Of a stretch of 64,000 bases of DNA, positions 1 to 8,804 are shown piece after piece. The notes beneath the pieces were generated by a model, which saw only the letters and a list, made by a program, of their open reading frames with translations, ran no database searches and had not been told where the DNA came from. Origin of the DNA: a bacterium (GTDB lineage: Bacteria; Electryoneota; Electryoneia; Electryoneales; Electryoneaceae); NCBI GenBank assembly GCA_963675295.2, contig CAXXKJ010000002.1:544001-608000 (forward strand). The letters run 5' to 3'. Position 1 is the stretch's first letter. Every line of letters begins with the position of its first letter. The position numbers and the translations under genes are program-made.

Positions 1-524
1 CGACTCCGGACACACTCGGCGTCGCGCCGGGAACCTACACCGGCAGGGGTTTGGTTGACCTTCCGGATTCCATTGAACCATGCGACAGTTGCTGGTTTTT
101 CGTGAGTGTCGGCTATCCAGTTCGTGATGAGTCAGTGGATACTCCTGTGGAATTTCTGCACGGCCTTACCACTGCTGAAACGAAGATCGCGGTGACTTTT
201 CCCGCAAATGATCTGCGCGGAACAGGGGGTGAACAAGTAACAGCGACTGGCATCCCGCTCACATACGCTCTCGTTGATCTCAAACCAAATCCATTCAATG
301 CGTCGGGATCGTTCGCGGTAACACTTCCTGAGCCGTCTCAGCTCCACGCCACAGTGTACAACATCACCGGTCAGAGGGTTGCGTCAATTGCGGATGGCAT
401 ATACGAACCGGGACGGCACGAGTTTGTTTTCGATGGGCAGAACTTGGCCAGCGGAATGTACTTTCTGCGGGTGGACGTGCCCGGTCATCTGGGTGAAATG
501 CGTAAATTGACACTGATGAAGTAA
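1..524 (+). CDS. 5'-truncated secreted protein with T9SS type A (Por secretion) C-terminal sorting domain
   Basis: Frame open from the window start; ends ...KPNPFNAS...VYNITGQRV...LASGMYFLRV...KLTLMK, the typical CTD signature. Confidence 0.85.
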   Translation, partial: TPDTLGVAPGTYTGRGLVDLPDSIEPCDSCWFFVSVGYPVRDESVDTPVEFLHGLTTAETKIAVTFPANDLRGTGGEQVTATGIPLTYALVDLKPNPFNASGSFAVTLPEPSQLHATVYNITGQRVASIADGIYEPGRHEFVFDGQNLASGMYFLRVDVPGHLGEMRKLTLMK

Positions 525-533
525 TAAATCTCT

Positions 534-571
534 CAGCGTGGTCCGGCAAAAATGCCGGACCACGCTGTTTT
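534..571 (+). terminator. Rho-independent terminator
   Basis: CAGCGTGGTCCGGCA-loop-TGCCGGACCACGCTG 15-bp stem followed by TTTT, just after the stop codon. Confidence 0.85.
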
Positions 572-607
572 GGTAGCATTTGTAGTTGCTAGCGAGCGGA
601 GGTTGAC

Positions 608-2011
608 ATGCGAAATATCACTTTGTTGATTTGTGGTCTTTTCTCTTGGACAAGCCTGTTTGGTCAGGCAATCCCACCGTATCACCTTCATCCTGAGTTG
701 TCTCAGGGTGGCATCATCCAGCTGTCATGGGAGCCGGGTCCAGCAGAAGGACTGATAGAAGACTTTGAGGACGGAATCGCGCAGGATTTTAAATGGTGGA
801 CGCCGCAAGGACAAGAGTATCTGGGTCAGGGATACTACTCGATTGATAATGGTTATGCACAAATAGCAGCTGGTTATGGGTTATTGAACTGGGGATCGGC
901 TGCCTATACCGAAACAGAATTTGCTAATTTCACTTGCGAAGTGGAGATGGTAAACACCTACTATGGTGATTCTCATGGTATTATTTTCCGGTCTGATGGC
1001 CTCAAAGATAATGATTTTAATGGATATATCTACGCAATAGGAAACACTGAACTTTTCGGAGGAATGTACTCAGTCTACGGATATATTGATGGATTGGGTC
1101 TTAATATTATTTATTGGCATGGGTCAGACCTCATTAATATTGGTCAGGGAGCCCATAATACCATCAAAGTGGTTGGTGTCGGTGACACCTTCGATTTTTA
1201 TATCAATGGCACCTATGTGAATTCCGTGACGAATCCAAATTTCACTGACACTGGTCTGGTAGGTTTTACAAACACTTCCGGCAATACCGTTCGATACTAT
1301 GATATTACCTGTTCGCATGACGCTCAGTTGCAGGATCGATCTATTGAACCTCAACGTGGCGAACGAGTTGATGGTTGGTTCGATGATGCCGGCCGTCCGA
1401 TAGATCATCCGCCGGCTATGTATGAGGCGTATGAACGACAACAAAACGGGAAAAGAGAGATCCTTCACTTTGTTAAGGATGACACACAGAATGAACTGGA
1501 CGAATTCGTCGAATACCGGATCTACCGTAATGGCGAACTGCTGGGGTCAGCAACCGAACCTGCTTTCACAGACCAGCTCCCAGGTTACGGCGAGTACGAA
1601 TATCGCATCACGGCGTACTACGATCCCGAAGGCGAGTCCATCCCCAGTGTTCCGGCGACGGTGAACTGGCAGCCGGTGACCTTCTCCCTCGCCGGTGGTG
1701 CCACCGTGGTACCCCATACCGGCGGCACGATCACCTATGACGCCCTCCTGTTCAATGAGTTACCGCAGACGTTCCGGAATGTCAGCTACCGTGTGTACGC
1801 CACCTTGCCAAGCGGATCGGAAGTGGGTCCGGTGTTTCAGCGCAGGTTCACCTTGGCGGCTGGTGCGTTCCACGCGATCCCAGGCATGACGCAGACAATC
1901 CCCGCAGCCGCACTCCCCGGAAACTACTTCCTCCATGGCCGATTGTACCATCAGGGCCAACTGTTTTACGAAGAGACCTTCCAGTTCGACAAGATGGGTG
2001 GTGGGGACTAG
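608..2011 (+). CDS. Secreted protein: lectin/LamG-like (DUF1080-like) beta-sandwich, FN3-like segment and shared C-terminal domain
   Basis: Signal peptide; HNTIKVVGVGDTFDFYING..GLVGF resembles a ConA/LamG-type fold; YRIYRNG..YEYRITAYY is FN3-like; GGAGG RBS. Confidence 0.65.
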   Translation: MRNITLLICGLFSWTSLFGQAIPPYHLHPELSQGGIIQLSWEPGPAEGLIEDFEDGIAQDFKWWTPQGQEYLGQGYYSIDNGYAQIAAGYGLLNWGSAAYTETEFANFTCEVEMVNTYYGDSHGIIFRSDGLKDNDFNGYIYAIGNTELFGGMYSVYGYIDGLGLNIIYWHGSDLINIGQGAHNTIKVVGVGDTFDFYINGTYVNSVTNPNFTDTGLVGFTNTSGNTVRYYDITCSHDAQLQDRSIEPQRGERVDGWFDDAGRPIDHPPAMYEAYERQQNGKREILHFVKDDTQNELDEFVEYRIYRNGELLGSATEPAFTDQLPGYGEYEYRITAYYDPEGESIPSVPATVNWQPVTFSLAGGATVVPHTGGTITYDALLFNELPQTFRNVSYRVYATLPSGSEVGPVFQRRFTLAAGAFHAIPGMTQTIPAAALPGNYFLHGRLYHQGQLFYEETFQFDKMGGGD

Positions 2012-2206
2012 GCTGTTATCCCACGACTCCATTGTTGCGTGGTTGTTGTACGGGTTGCCCTTCTGTTTGACTTCCATGATCTCACCGGTTGTGATAATTC
2101 CGTGACATTTCGGGACGGCCGGGGCTCGATATTAGGCGGGCCTAAAGCACGGGCGTGTGTCTTGACTTGTCGTGTTTGGAGCAACGAACTTCCGGCGCGT
2201 GACGCA

Positions 2207-2234
2207 GGCTGTCGGCTGTAGGCTTTGGGCTATG
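2207..2234. repeat. Degenerate heptamer tandem array (GGCTnTv x4)
   Basis: GGCTGTC GGCTGTA GGCTTTG GGCTATG. Confidence 0.6.
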
Positions 2235-2342
2235 GTCGGATGACCCGCGATAGCCGCCGAAACAGACCGGCGGTCAATCACGAGCACCGTGCCGACAGGT
2301 GTCCCCGCAAGTCGAGGAAACGATGATGGAGAGTTCCCCCGG

Positions 2343-3197
2343 ATGAAGAAGGTGCTGAAATCGGTAGGGTTGTGGCTGCTGGCGTTGTTGTTGACGCTGG
2401 TAACGTTGGTCTATCAGCGTTTGACCGGTCCGACATATCCGGTCAGCGGCGAGGTGACGGTTGCCGGTGAGACGATTCCGTACGAGCTGGAGCGGTCGCA
2501 CGCGCGTGATAACGATCCGCAGTTCGGGATGGATCACGTGGTCAGCCTTCCTGTGCCGAACATCGGGTTGACCGGCAAGTTGTACTGGAAACGGCTGGGG
2601 GTGGATGAACCATTCACCGAAATCCAGATGGACGAAGCGGCAGGCGAACTGTTCGCGGTGTTACCCGCGCAGCCTCCGGCGGGGAAAGTCGTCTATCACA
2701 TCGAGTTGTTCGCGCCGGACGGCAGCCACGTCGGTCTGCCCGGCGGGGAAGACACGATCACGTTACGCTTCAAGGACCCGGAACCGGGTTGGATTCTGAT
2801 TCCGCACATTATCGCGATGTTCCTCGCGTTGCTGTTCGGGATTCGTGCGTTGATCGAGGTGTTCACCGGGGAGAACATGAAGGTCGCGGCGTGGGGGACG
2901 TTGATCTTCCTGTTTGTCGGCGGGATGGTGCTGGGGCCGTTGCTCCAGAAGGCGGCGTTTGGAGATTACTGGACCGGCTGGCCGTTTGGTGGGGATGTCA
3001 CTGACAACAAGCTGGCGCTGGCATTCATCGCGTGGGTGGTCGCGGTCTGGCGGCTAAGCGTGGTGGAAAACCAGCGGAAGGCGCGTGTATTCGTGGTCAT
3101 CGCCTGCCTGGTCCTGTTCAGCATTTTCCTGATCCCGCACAGCCTCGGCGGCAGTACGTTCAACTACGAGACGGGCGCGGTCGATACAGGCTTGTAG
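2343..3197 (+). CDS. Conserved-looking membrane protein of unknown function
   Basis: N-terminal TM helix, soluble domain, then about 4 TM helices with YQRLTGPTYP and WTGWPFGGDVTDNK motifs; ATG at 2343 chosen as start. Confidence 0.75.
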   Translation: MKKVLKSVGLWLLALLLTLVTLVYQRLTGPTYPVSGEVTVAGETIPYELERSHARDNDPQFGMDHVVSLPVPNIGLTGKLYWKRLGVDEPFTEIQMDEAAGELFAVLPAQPPAGKVVYHIELFAPDGSHVGLPGGEDTITLRFKDPEPGWILIPHIIAMFLALLFGIRALIEVFTGENMKVAAWGTLIFLFVGGMVLGPLLQKAAFGDYWTGWPFGGDVTDNKLALAFIAWVVAVWRLSVVENQRKARVFVVIACLVLFSIFLIPHSLGGSTFNYETGAVDTGL

Positions 3198-3227
3198 CAA
3201 CAACAACATGGTACTCTCCCTGACTGA

Positions 3228-3388
3228 CAGTGGTCAGTCGTCAGTGCTCAGTACTCAGTGAAGGACGACAAACCCCTGGTCCATGCGAGCTGGCTTGTTT
3301 CGCGTGTGGCTTAGCAGTTCTTCAACGGGTATGATCAGACGGATCAGGATCAGTTCACTGATCACTGAAGACTGATCACTGACAACTG
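3228..3388. repeat. Inverted pair of heptamer arrays (CAGTnnT x5 ... AnnACTG x5)
   Basis: 3228-3262 CAGTGGT CAGTCGT CAGTGCT CAGTACT CAGTGAA; 3354-3388 TTCACTG ATCACTG AAGACTG ATCACTG ACAACTG. Confidence 0.75.
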
Positions 3389-3573
3389 TATTTTAACATT
3401 TCCGCCCGGATCCGGAACTTCGGACCCGGGCGGTCCTGCGTGTGTGGCTGATTGGTTGGTCCGTCCGGTGGCAATCGGCCGGACCGTCTGGAGGTGCGTG
3501 GCGCGGATGCCACGACAGTCGTTAGTTCTGGGACACCCGGGTTGCAAGACAACTCGGGCCACCCGCTCAGTTC

Positions 3574-4392
3574 TTACCCGCCGAAGACGAGGCCGACGCG
3601 GAAGAACGGTTTGTTCAGGTCGATCTCGGGACCGTCGCCGGTGAGCTCGTTCTCGTTGAACTCCCAGTTGTCGGTGCGCAGCGAGGTCCAGGTGTAGCCG
3701 GCGTTGCCTTGCAGTGCCATCCAGTCGAGCAGGTGAACGCGCACGGTGACGTAAGGCTCGGCGATAAAGAAGCCCTGGTCGATCTGGGTGCGGATGTTTT
3801 CGCCGTCACTGGGATCGCCGATGTACTGGTTGTTGAGGTCGCCCCAGGTGTAGGTGCCGGTGTCCTGCGACATGATGACCGAAACACCGCCGCCGCCAAG
3901 CATCGCGCCGAAGCCGAAGTTGACCGGGCCGAACATCCACGGGCTGTATTCGAACATGAAGCCGCCCATGCCGATGTCGAGCTCGAGGGAGCGGTTGAAG
4001 CGGTTGCCGTTGCCGTCGACGTAGACGCCGTCGGTGTAGGCGTGGCCACCGTGGCCGCCGCCGCCGATCCGCCAGCCGTCACCCACATGGCCCATACCCA
4101 TGCCGCCCCACATCGGGACGAAGCTGTCGAACTCGTCCAGGCCCATGGCGTTCGCGAGGTTTTCCAGGTCGCTGGATTCAAAGGTCTGCGCGTTGAAGTA
4201 GAATCCGCCGAATCCGGAGAACCCGCCGTGGCTGCGATGTGTGCGCCAGGTTTTCCAGCGGTAATCGTCATCTTCCTCATCGTCGTTCTGGTCGTAGCTC
4301 CAGTTGTCCTGGCCGGCGAGTGCGGCGAACGGTGCGATCACGAGGGTGAGAATGAAGGTGATGGCAAACAGTTTGAAAAGACGGTTACTCAT
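3574..4392 (-). CDS. Putative outer-membrane beta-barrel protein
   Basis: Signal peptide, Gly/aromatic amphipathic strands, C-terminus FFRVGLVFGG; GGGAGGAG RBS. Confidence 0.7.
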   Translation of the reverse strand: MSNRLFKLFAITFILTLVIAPFAALAGQDNWSYDQNDDEEDDDYRWKTWRTHRSHGGFSGFGGFYFNAQTFESSDLENLANAMGLDEFDSFVPMWGGMGMGHVGDGWRIGGGGHGGHAYTDGVYVDGNGNRFNRSLELDIGMGGFMFEYSPWMFGPVNFGFGAMLGGGGVSVIMSQDTGTYTWGDLNNQYIGDPSDGENIRTQIDQGFFIAEPYVTVRVHLLDWMALQGNAGYTWTSLRTDNWEFNENELTGDGPEIDLNKPFFRVGLVFGG

Positions 4393-4454
4393 GGTACTCC
4401 TCCCTATCGGTAGGGCGTTGCGCTTTAGTTGTTGTGCGTTCCCATGTGGTGTAA

Positions 4455-4470
4455 GGCAACGGCTGTGCCA
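4455..4470 (-). promoter_or_regulatory. Sigma-54 -24/-12 promoter candidate
   Basis: Minus strand TGGCAC-AGCCG-TTGCC about 60 bp upstream of the 4392 start. Confidence 0.6.
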
Positions 4471-4596
4471 GAATGTGAGTGGGGAGTAACATGTTGTTCG
4501 TAAAGAGAGTAGGCGGGAGTGAGCGGTGTGGAAACCTGTGGGCTGGGTGTCACAGGGCGGGTGAAGTGTGGTGAGATGGATACAGGGGGGTAAAGA

Positions 4597-4846
4597 CAGC
4601 TCTGAGCCATGAGCTCTGAGCTGTGAGTAACCACAAAAAGTCAGGGACAGCTACGCTTCGCGTCACTGTCCCTGCTGGTAATTGATTTACTGTAGAACCC
4701 GACCAGCAAGCTGGTCGGGGCAAACACCGTTTTTCCGCAACCCGCAACCCGCAACCCGCAACCCGCAGCCCGCGGCCCAAGAACAACACGACCGCGTCTG
4801 ACGAGCAGACACGGGCACATACTTTCCAGAGCCCAGAGCCCAGAGC
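4597..4846. repeat. Repeat mosaic: heptamer arrays and REP-like palindromes
   Basis: GAGCTCT-type x4 (4597-4624), CAGGGACAG..CTGTCCCTG hairpin, GTAG palindrome (4692-4720), CCGCAAC x4 plus 2 variants (4735-4776), CCGCGT..ACACGGGCAC (4792-4818), CCAGAGC x3 (4826-4846). Confidence 0.75.
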
Positions 4847-4852
4847 CTGATT

Positions 4853-5923
4853 TTACTCAGCGTACAGCACTTCGATCGCGTTCGGCGGGTCGGACAGTTC
4901 GTATGAGCCGACTTTCTGGCCGTCGTCGAACACGTCCAGCCGCATCCCGTCACGGCAGGCGGCGTACAGCAGGCCGCTGGTGCTGTCGTAGGCGACATCG
5001 ACCACGCCGAGGCTAGCATTGATCGGTTGCATCGGATCGAGCGAATCGTAATCATAGCGCAGGATCAGGCCGTTCTCGTCGCCTTCATTCGACCAGCCTC
5101 CGGCCGCGAGGTAGACCACGTGATCGTCCTTGTCGACGGTGGACCGTCCCGGGCTGTACCCGATGTTGATGATCCGTTCGGTCTGGATTGGGAACAGGGT
5201 GAGCACGTAGACGGTGCCCGGAATGTCATCGTAGTTGCCGGTGCAGACGACGTGGATTTCGCCCGGGTAGGTGTAGTGTGCGAACTGGGGGTTGACGCCG
5301 ACGGTCAACGAATCGAGTAATGCGCCGTTCGGGCCGAGCTTCCAGACGCTGCCGGTGTTGAACGTGAAGTCGTTAAAGTCGTACTTGGAATGAACGACGT
5401 AAACCTGGTCAAATCCGGTCAGCAGTTCGACGGGGGCGATGTTGACTTCCCAATCGTCCACCACTTTCCACTTGTTGACGTTGACTACGGTGATCGAATT
5501 CCACTGCAGGTTCGAGATCAGCAGCAGGGAGTCGCGGAAGGCGAGGCTGGCGTAGGGACTGCGATTTTCTGACAGGCCGATGTCGAGCTCTCCGGCCGGT
5601 TCGGCGGAACGGTTGCTGATGTCGAAGCGCTGCAGCGTGTTGCTCAGGCTGTTGACGACGTACAGGCTGTCGCCGATCCGTGTCATCCAGTTCGCGCCGA
5701 GGCCGAGACCTTGCGGTTGCTGCCAGGTTTTCGTGTCGGCGTTGAACAGGGTTAACGTTTCGTCACCCGCCACGGCGATGATGGAGCCGGTTTGGGACGG
5801 GTTGTCATCACCGTTGGAGTCGGCGGGGTTGTCGTCGCAGGCGGTGAAGGCAAGCATCAACGCGATGGCGAGGATCGGCAGCATCAGCAGACGTGGCGTA
5901 CGGAACGGGTTTGTCGGGCTCAT
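4853..5923 (-). CDS. YncE-like beta-propeller lipoprotein
   Basis: Lipobox LAFTAC; propeller blades LYVVNSLSNT, LTVGVNPQ, INIGYSPG; ATG 5923 chosen. Confidence 0.75.
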   Translation of the reverse strand: MSPTNPFRTPRLLMLPILAIALMLAFTACDDNPADSNGDDNPSQTGSIIAVAGDETLTLFNADTKTWQQPQGLGLGANWMTRIGDSLYVVNSLSNTLQRFDISNRSAEPAGELDIGLSENRSPYASLAFRDSLLLISNLQWNSITVVNVNKWKVVDDWEVNIAPVELLTGFDQVYVVHSKYDFNDFTFNTGSVWKLGPNGALLDSLTVGVNPQFAHYTYPGEIHVVCTGNYDDIPGTVYVLTLFPIQTERIINIGYSPGRSTVDKDDHVVYLAAGGWSNEGDENGLILRYDYDSLDPMQPINASLGVVDVAYDSTSGLLYAACRDGMRLDVFDDGQKVGSYELSDPPNAIEVLYAE

Positions 5924-6136
5924 TGCATCATCCGGTTGTGTCGGTCTGGATCGAATGTTCGTCTCCGGGGCGACGGCTGCCGTGCCGGTTTTGCTTGCGG
6001 CGGCGTGCGGCAGCACGTAATAACTCCGTAACCATGCCGAATCCAGGAAAGCGCGGGTTTGTTGGTCGGCGAGTGTTGGTCAACGGCATCGTTCCGGACA
6101 CGGTTTGAACGTTCAGTTTCGTCGGGAAGGTACAAT

Positions 6137-7108
6137 ATGGAATTCGACTTTGCAGCCTGGTGGGGCAAGTGGGGCGCGAATCTGATTCACGTTGCTGTGA
6201 TTCTTCTGCTCGGCATCGTGGCTGGTGTGATTGTCCGCAAACTGACCGACCGGATGGTGAAGAAGGCGGAGACGCTGGAAGATCGCCGTTCCGCCCAGCG
6301 CCACAAAACGCTCTCGGTGTTTCTGAGGAGCGTGGCGAAAGTGGTCATCCTCACCCTGGTGGGTGTTCTGGTCCTCGGAGAATTCGGCGTCGAGATTGGG
6401 CCGCTGATCGCCGCGGCCGGTATAGCCGGTATCGCGATCGGTTTTGGCGCGCAGACGCTGGTGCAGGACTTTCTCGGCGGGACGTTTCTGTTGACCGAGG
6501 GGTATGCTCGAGTCGGGGACGTGCTCGAGGTCAACGGCAAGGCCGGCCTGGTCGAGGATATCAGCCTGCGGTTGTTGGTGATGCGAGATTTTGCGGGGAA
6601 TGTGCATGTCATCCCCAACGGTGAGATCCGCACGATCACCAACATGACCTATCGTTTCAGCCGGGCGTTGATCGATGTCGGCGTGGCGTACCGTGAGGAC
6701 AACGATAAGGTTGTGCGGATCATGGAAGAGGTCGGCAACGAGATCGCGGAGGAGATGAGCGACGTGATCGAATCCGGTCCGGAGATCTTCGGGATCGACT
6801 CGTTCGGCGACAGCGCAATCAACTGGCGTGTGCGTTTCCAGACCAAGCCGATCGAACAGTGGAATGTGGCGCGCGCGTATCGCAGACGGCTGAAGCGTCG
6901 GTTTGATGAAGAGGGTATCGAGATTCCGTTCCCGCATCGCACCGTCTACATGGGCGAGAATCACGATGGCACCGCGCCGTTCCTGCACACCAAGCTGTAC
7001 CGTGCGAACGGAGCAGAACCGGAAGCCCACCGTGAACTGGACGACGCCGGCGATCCGGTTAAACGCGCTGGCGATGTCGTCTCGTCCGAAGCGGGTGGGG
7101 ATGCATAA
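6137..7108 (+). CDS. mscS: Small-conductance mechanosensitive channel (MscS family)
   Basis: AGIAGIAIGFGAQTLVQDFLGG, VHVIPNGEI, GIEIPFPHR motifs. Confidence 0.92.
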   Translation: MEFDFAAWWGKWGANLIHVAVILLLGIVAGVIVRKLTDRMVKKAETLEDRRSAQRHKTLSVFLRSVAKVVILTLVGVLVLGEFGVEIGPLIAAAGIAGIAIGFGAQTLVQDFLGGTFLLTEGYARVGDVLEVNGKAGLVEDISLRLLVMRDFAGNVHVIPNGEIRTITNMTYRFSRALIDVGVAYREDNDKVVRIMEEVGNEIAEEMSDVIESGPEIFGIDSFGDSAINWRVRFQTKPIEQWNVARAYRRRLKRRFDEEGIEIPFPHRTVYMGENHDGTAPFLHTKLYRANGAEPEAHRELDDAGDPVKRAGDVVSSEAGGDA

Positions 7109-7131
7109 CGCAATACAGCGGGTACGATCTG

Positions 7132-7160
7132 AAAGCGGGCGCGTAATCAGCGCCCGCTTT
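7132..7160. terminator. Bidirectional terminator hairpin; left copy of the IS1182 target duplication
   Basis: AAAGCGGGCGC-GTAATCA-GCGCCCGCTTT; identical copy at 8775-8803. Confidence 0.85.
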
Positions 7161-8774
7161 CAGACTGCTGACAAAGTCCCCACGGGCTCTCGACCTGTGG
7201 GGATTTGTTTTGTATCTTTGTAGATGCTACCTACTTCCAAAGCTCATCAAAGCGCAGCGGAGCTTATTTACATTGACGATTTGGTCCCGGACGATCATCT
7301 TTTGCGGAAGATTGATGCGGCAATTGATTTTTCGTTTATCCGGGATCGTGTAAAGCATCTCTACAGCGCCGACAATGGCCGTCCGGCTGTTGACCCTGTC
7401 CTTCTGTTCAAGATGTTGTTCATCGGTTACCTGTACGGAATTCGGTCCGAGCGTCAGCTGGTGCGTGAGATCCAGGTCAATGTTGCCTATCGCTGGTTCC
7501 TCGGGCTGGATCTGCGTGACAAGGTGCCGGACGCGTCCACGATCAGCCAGAATCGACGACGCCGTTTCCGTGAAAGCACCATCTTCCAGGAGATCTTCGA
7601 CGAGATCGTGCTGCTGGCGATCCGTCGTGGCCTGGTCGATGGCCGGGTCTTGTTCACCGATTCGACGCACCTGAAAGCCAGCGCGAACAAGAAGAAGTTC
7701 AAGAAGCGGCAGGTGACAGTGGCGACGAAGTCGTATCTGTCCGATCTGGAAGAGGCGGTGGATGCGGATCGCCTGGCGCATGGCAAAAAGCCACTGAAGA
7801 AACGTGACAATGACGATTCATCACCGCCGGCGACAAAGGAAATCAAGGTCAGCACCACCGATCCGGACAGCGGCTTCATGGTGCGGGACGGCAAGCCGCA
7901 GGGCTTTTTCTACCTTGACCACCGTACCGTAGACAACAAGGCCGGAATCATCACCGACACGCATGTCACCCCCGGCAATGTGCATGACAGCACCCCCTAC
8001 CTTGAGCGCCTCGATGCGCAGATCTGCAAATTCCACTTCCCGGTGGAAAGGGTCGGTCACGACGCCGGCTACAATACCGCCGCCATCTGCAAGGGGCTGG
8101 AGGATCGAAAGATCGACGGCGTGATCGGCTCGGTACGTACGACACGCAAGAAGGGAATGCTGGCAAAACGACTGTTTGTGTACGATTCGCTGGGGGATGT
8201 CTACCACTGTCCCGGCGGCCAGACACTACCGTATCGCACGACGACACGTGAAGGCTACCAGGAATATGTTTCCGACCCGTCGCGCTGTGTCCTCTGTCCC
8301 CTGTTGCAGCAATGCACCGAAAGCGCCAATCACCGCAAGGTGGTCACCCGGCACGTGTGGCAGGCCAGCCGTGAAAAGATGATCGCGACCGCTCGGACAG
8401 AACGCGGACGGGCCACGTACCGGCGACGACGGGAGACGGTCGAACGCAGCTTCGGCGAAGCCAAACAACTGTATGGCCATCGCTATGCCCGGCTGCGCTC
8501 GATAGCCGGAGCACGTGAACAATGCCTGCTGTCCGCCGCCTGCCAGAACATGAAGAAGATCGCCATGACAATGGCGAAACACCCCTCTATCTCAAGACTA
8601 TGGACCTATTTAGCCGGTCTTCTATCCCAGCGCACCACGCTCAACGGTCTCGATAGAAAAATCGAGCGAAGAACCAAACACAACCTGCCAACTATACCAC
8701 AAATCCAACCAGTAGGATGTGCCGTGTGAATACAAAACAAACCCCATCAAATGACGGGGTTTGTCAGCAGTCTG
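7161..8774 (+). mobile_element. IS1182-family insertion sequence
   Basis: Perfect 15-bp terminal IRs CAGACTGCTGACAAA / TTTGTCAGCAGTCTG; 29-bp direct repeats on both flanks. Confidence 0.92.
7224..8729 (+). CDS. IS1182-family DDE transposase
   Basis: DDHLLRKID, GRPAVDPVLLFKMLFIGYLYGIRSER, DSTHLKA, STTDPDSG, RRETVERSFGEAK. Confidence 0.93.
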   Translation: MLPTSKAHQSAAELIYIDDLVPDDHLLRKIDAAIDFSFIRDRVKHLYSADNGRPAVDPVLLFKMLFIGYLYGIRSERQLVREIQVNVAYRWFLGLDLRDKVPDASTISQNRRRRFRESTIFQEIFDEIVLLAIRRGLVDGRVLFTDSTHLKASANKKKFKKRQVTVATKSYLSDLEEAVDADRLAHGKKPLKKRDNDDSSPPATKEIKVSTTDPDSGFMVRDGKPQGFFYLDHRTVDNKAGIITDTHVTPGNVHDSTPYLERLDAQICKFHFPVERVGHDAGYNTAAICKGLEDRKIDGVIGSVRTTRKKGMLAKRLFVYDSLGDVYHCPGGQTLPYRTTTREGYQEYVSDPSRCVLCPLLQQCTESANHRKVVTRHVWQASREKMIATARTERGRATYRRRRETVERSFGEAKQLYGHRYARLRSIAGAREQCLLSAACQNMKKIAMTMAKHPSISRLWTYLAGLLSQRTTLNGLDRKIERRTKHNLPTIPQIQPVGCAV

Positions 8775-8803
8775 AAAGCGGGCGCGTAATCAGCGCCCGC
8801 TTT
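8775..8803. terminator. Right copy of the duplicated terminator hairpin
   Basis: Identical to 7132-7160; abuts the stop codon of the minus-strand dehydratase. Confidence 0.85.
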
Positions 8804-8804
8804 G

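Noticed and set aside
5924-6136. Cobalamin riboswitch upstream of the YncE/BtuG-like lipoprotein
   Set aside because: No GGGAA or GCCACTG B12-box elements could be found on the minus strand.
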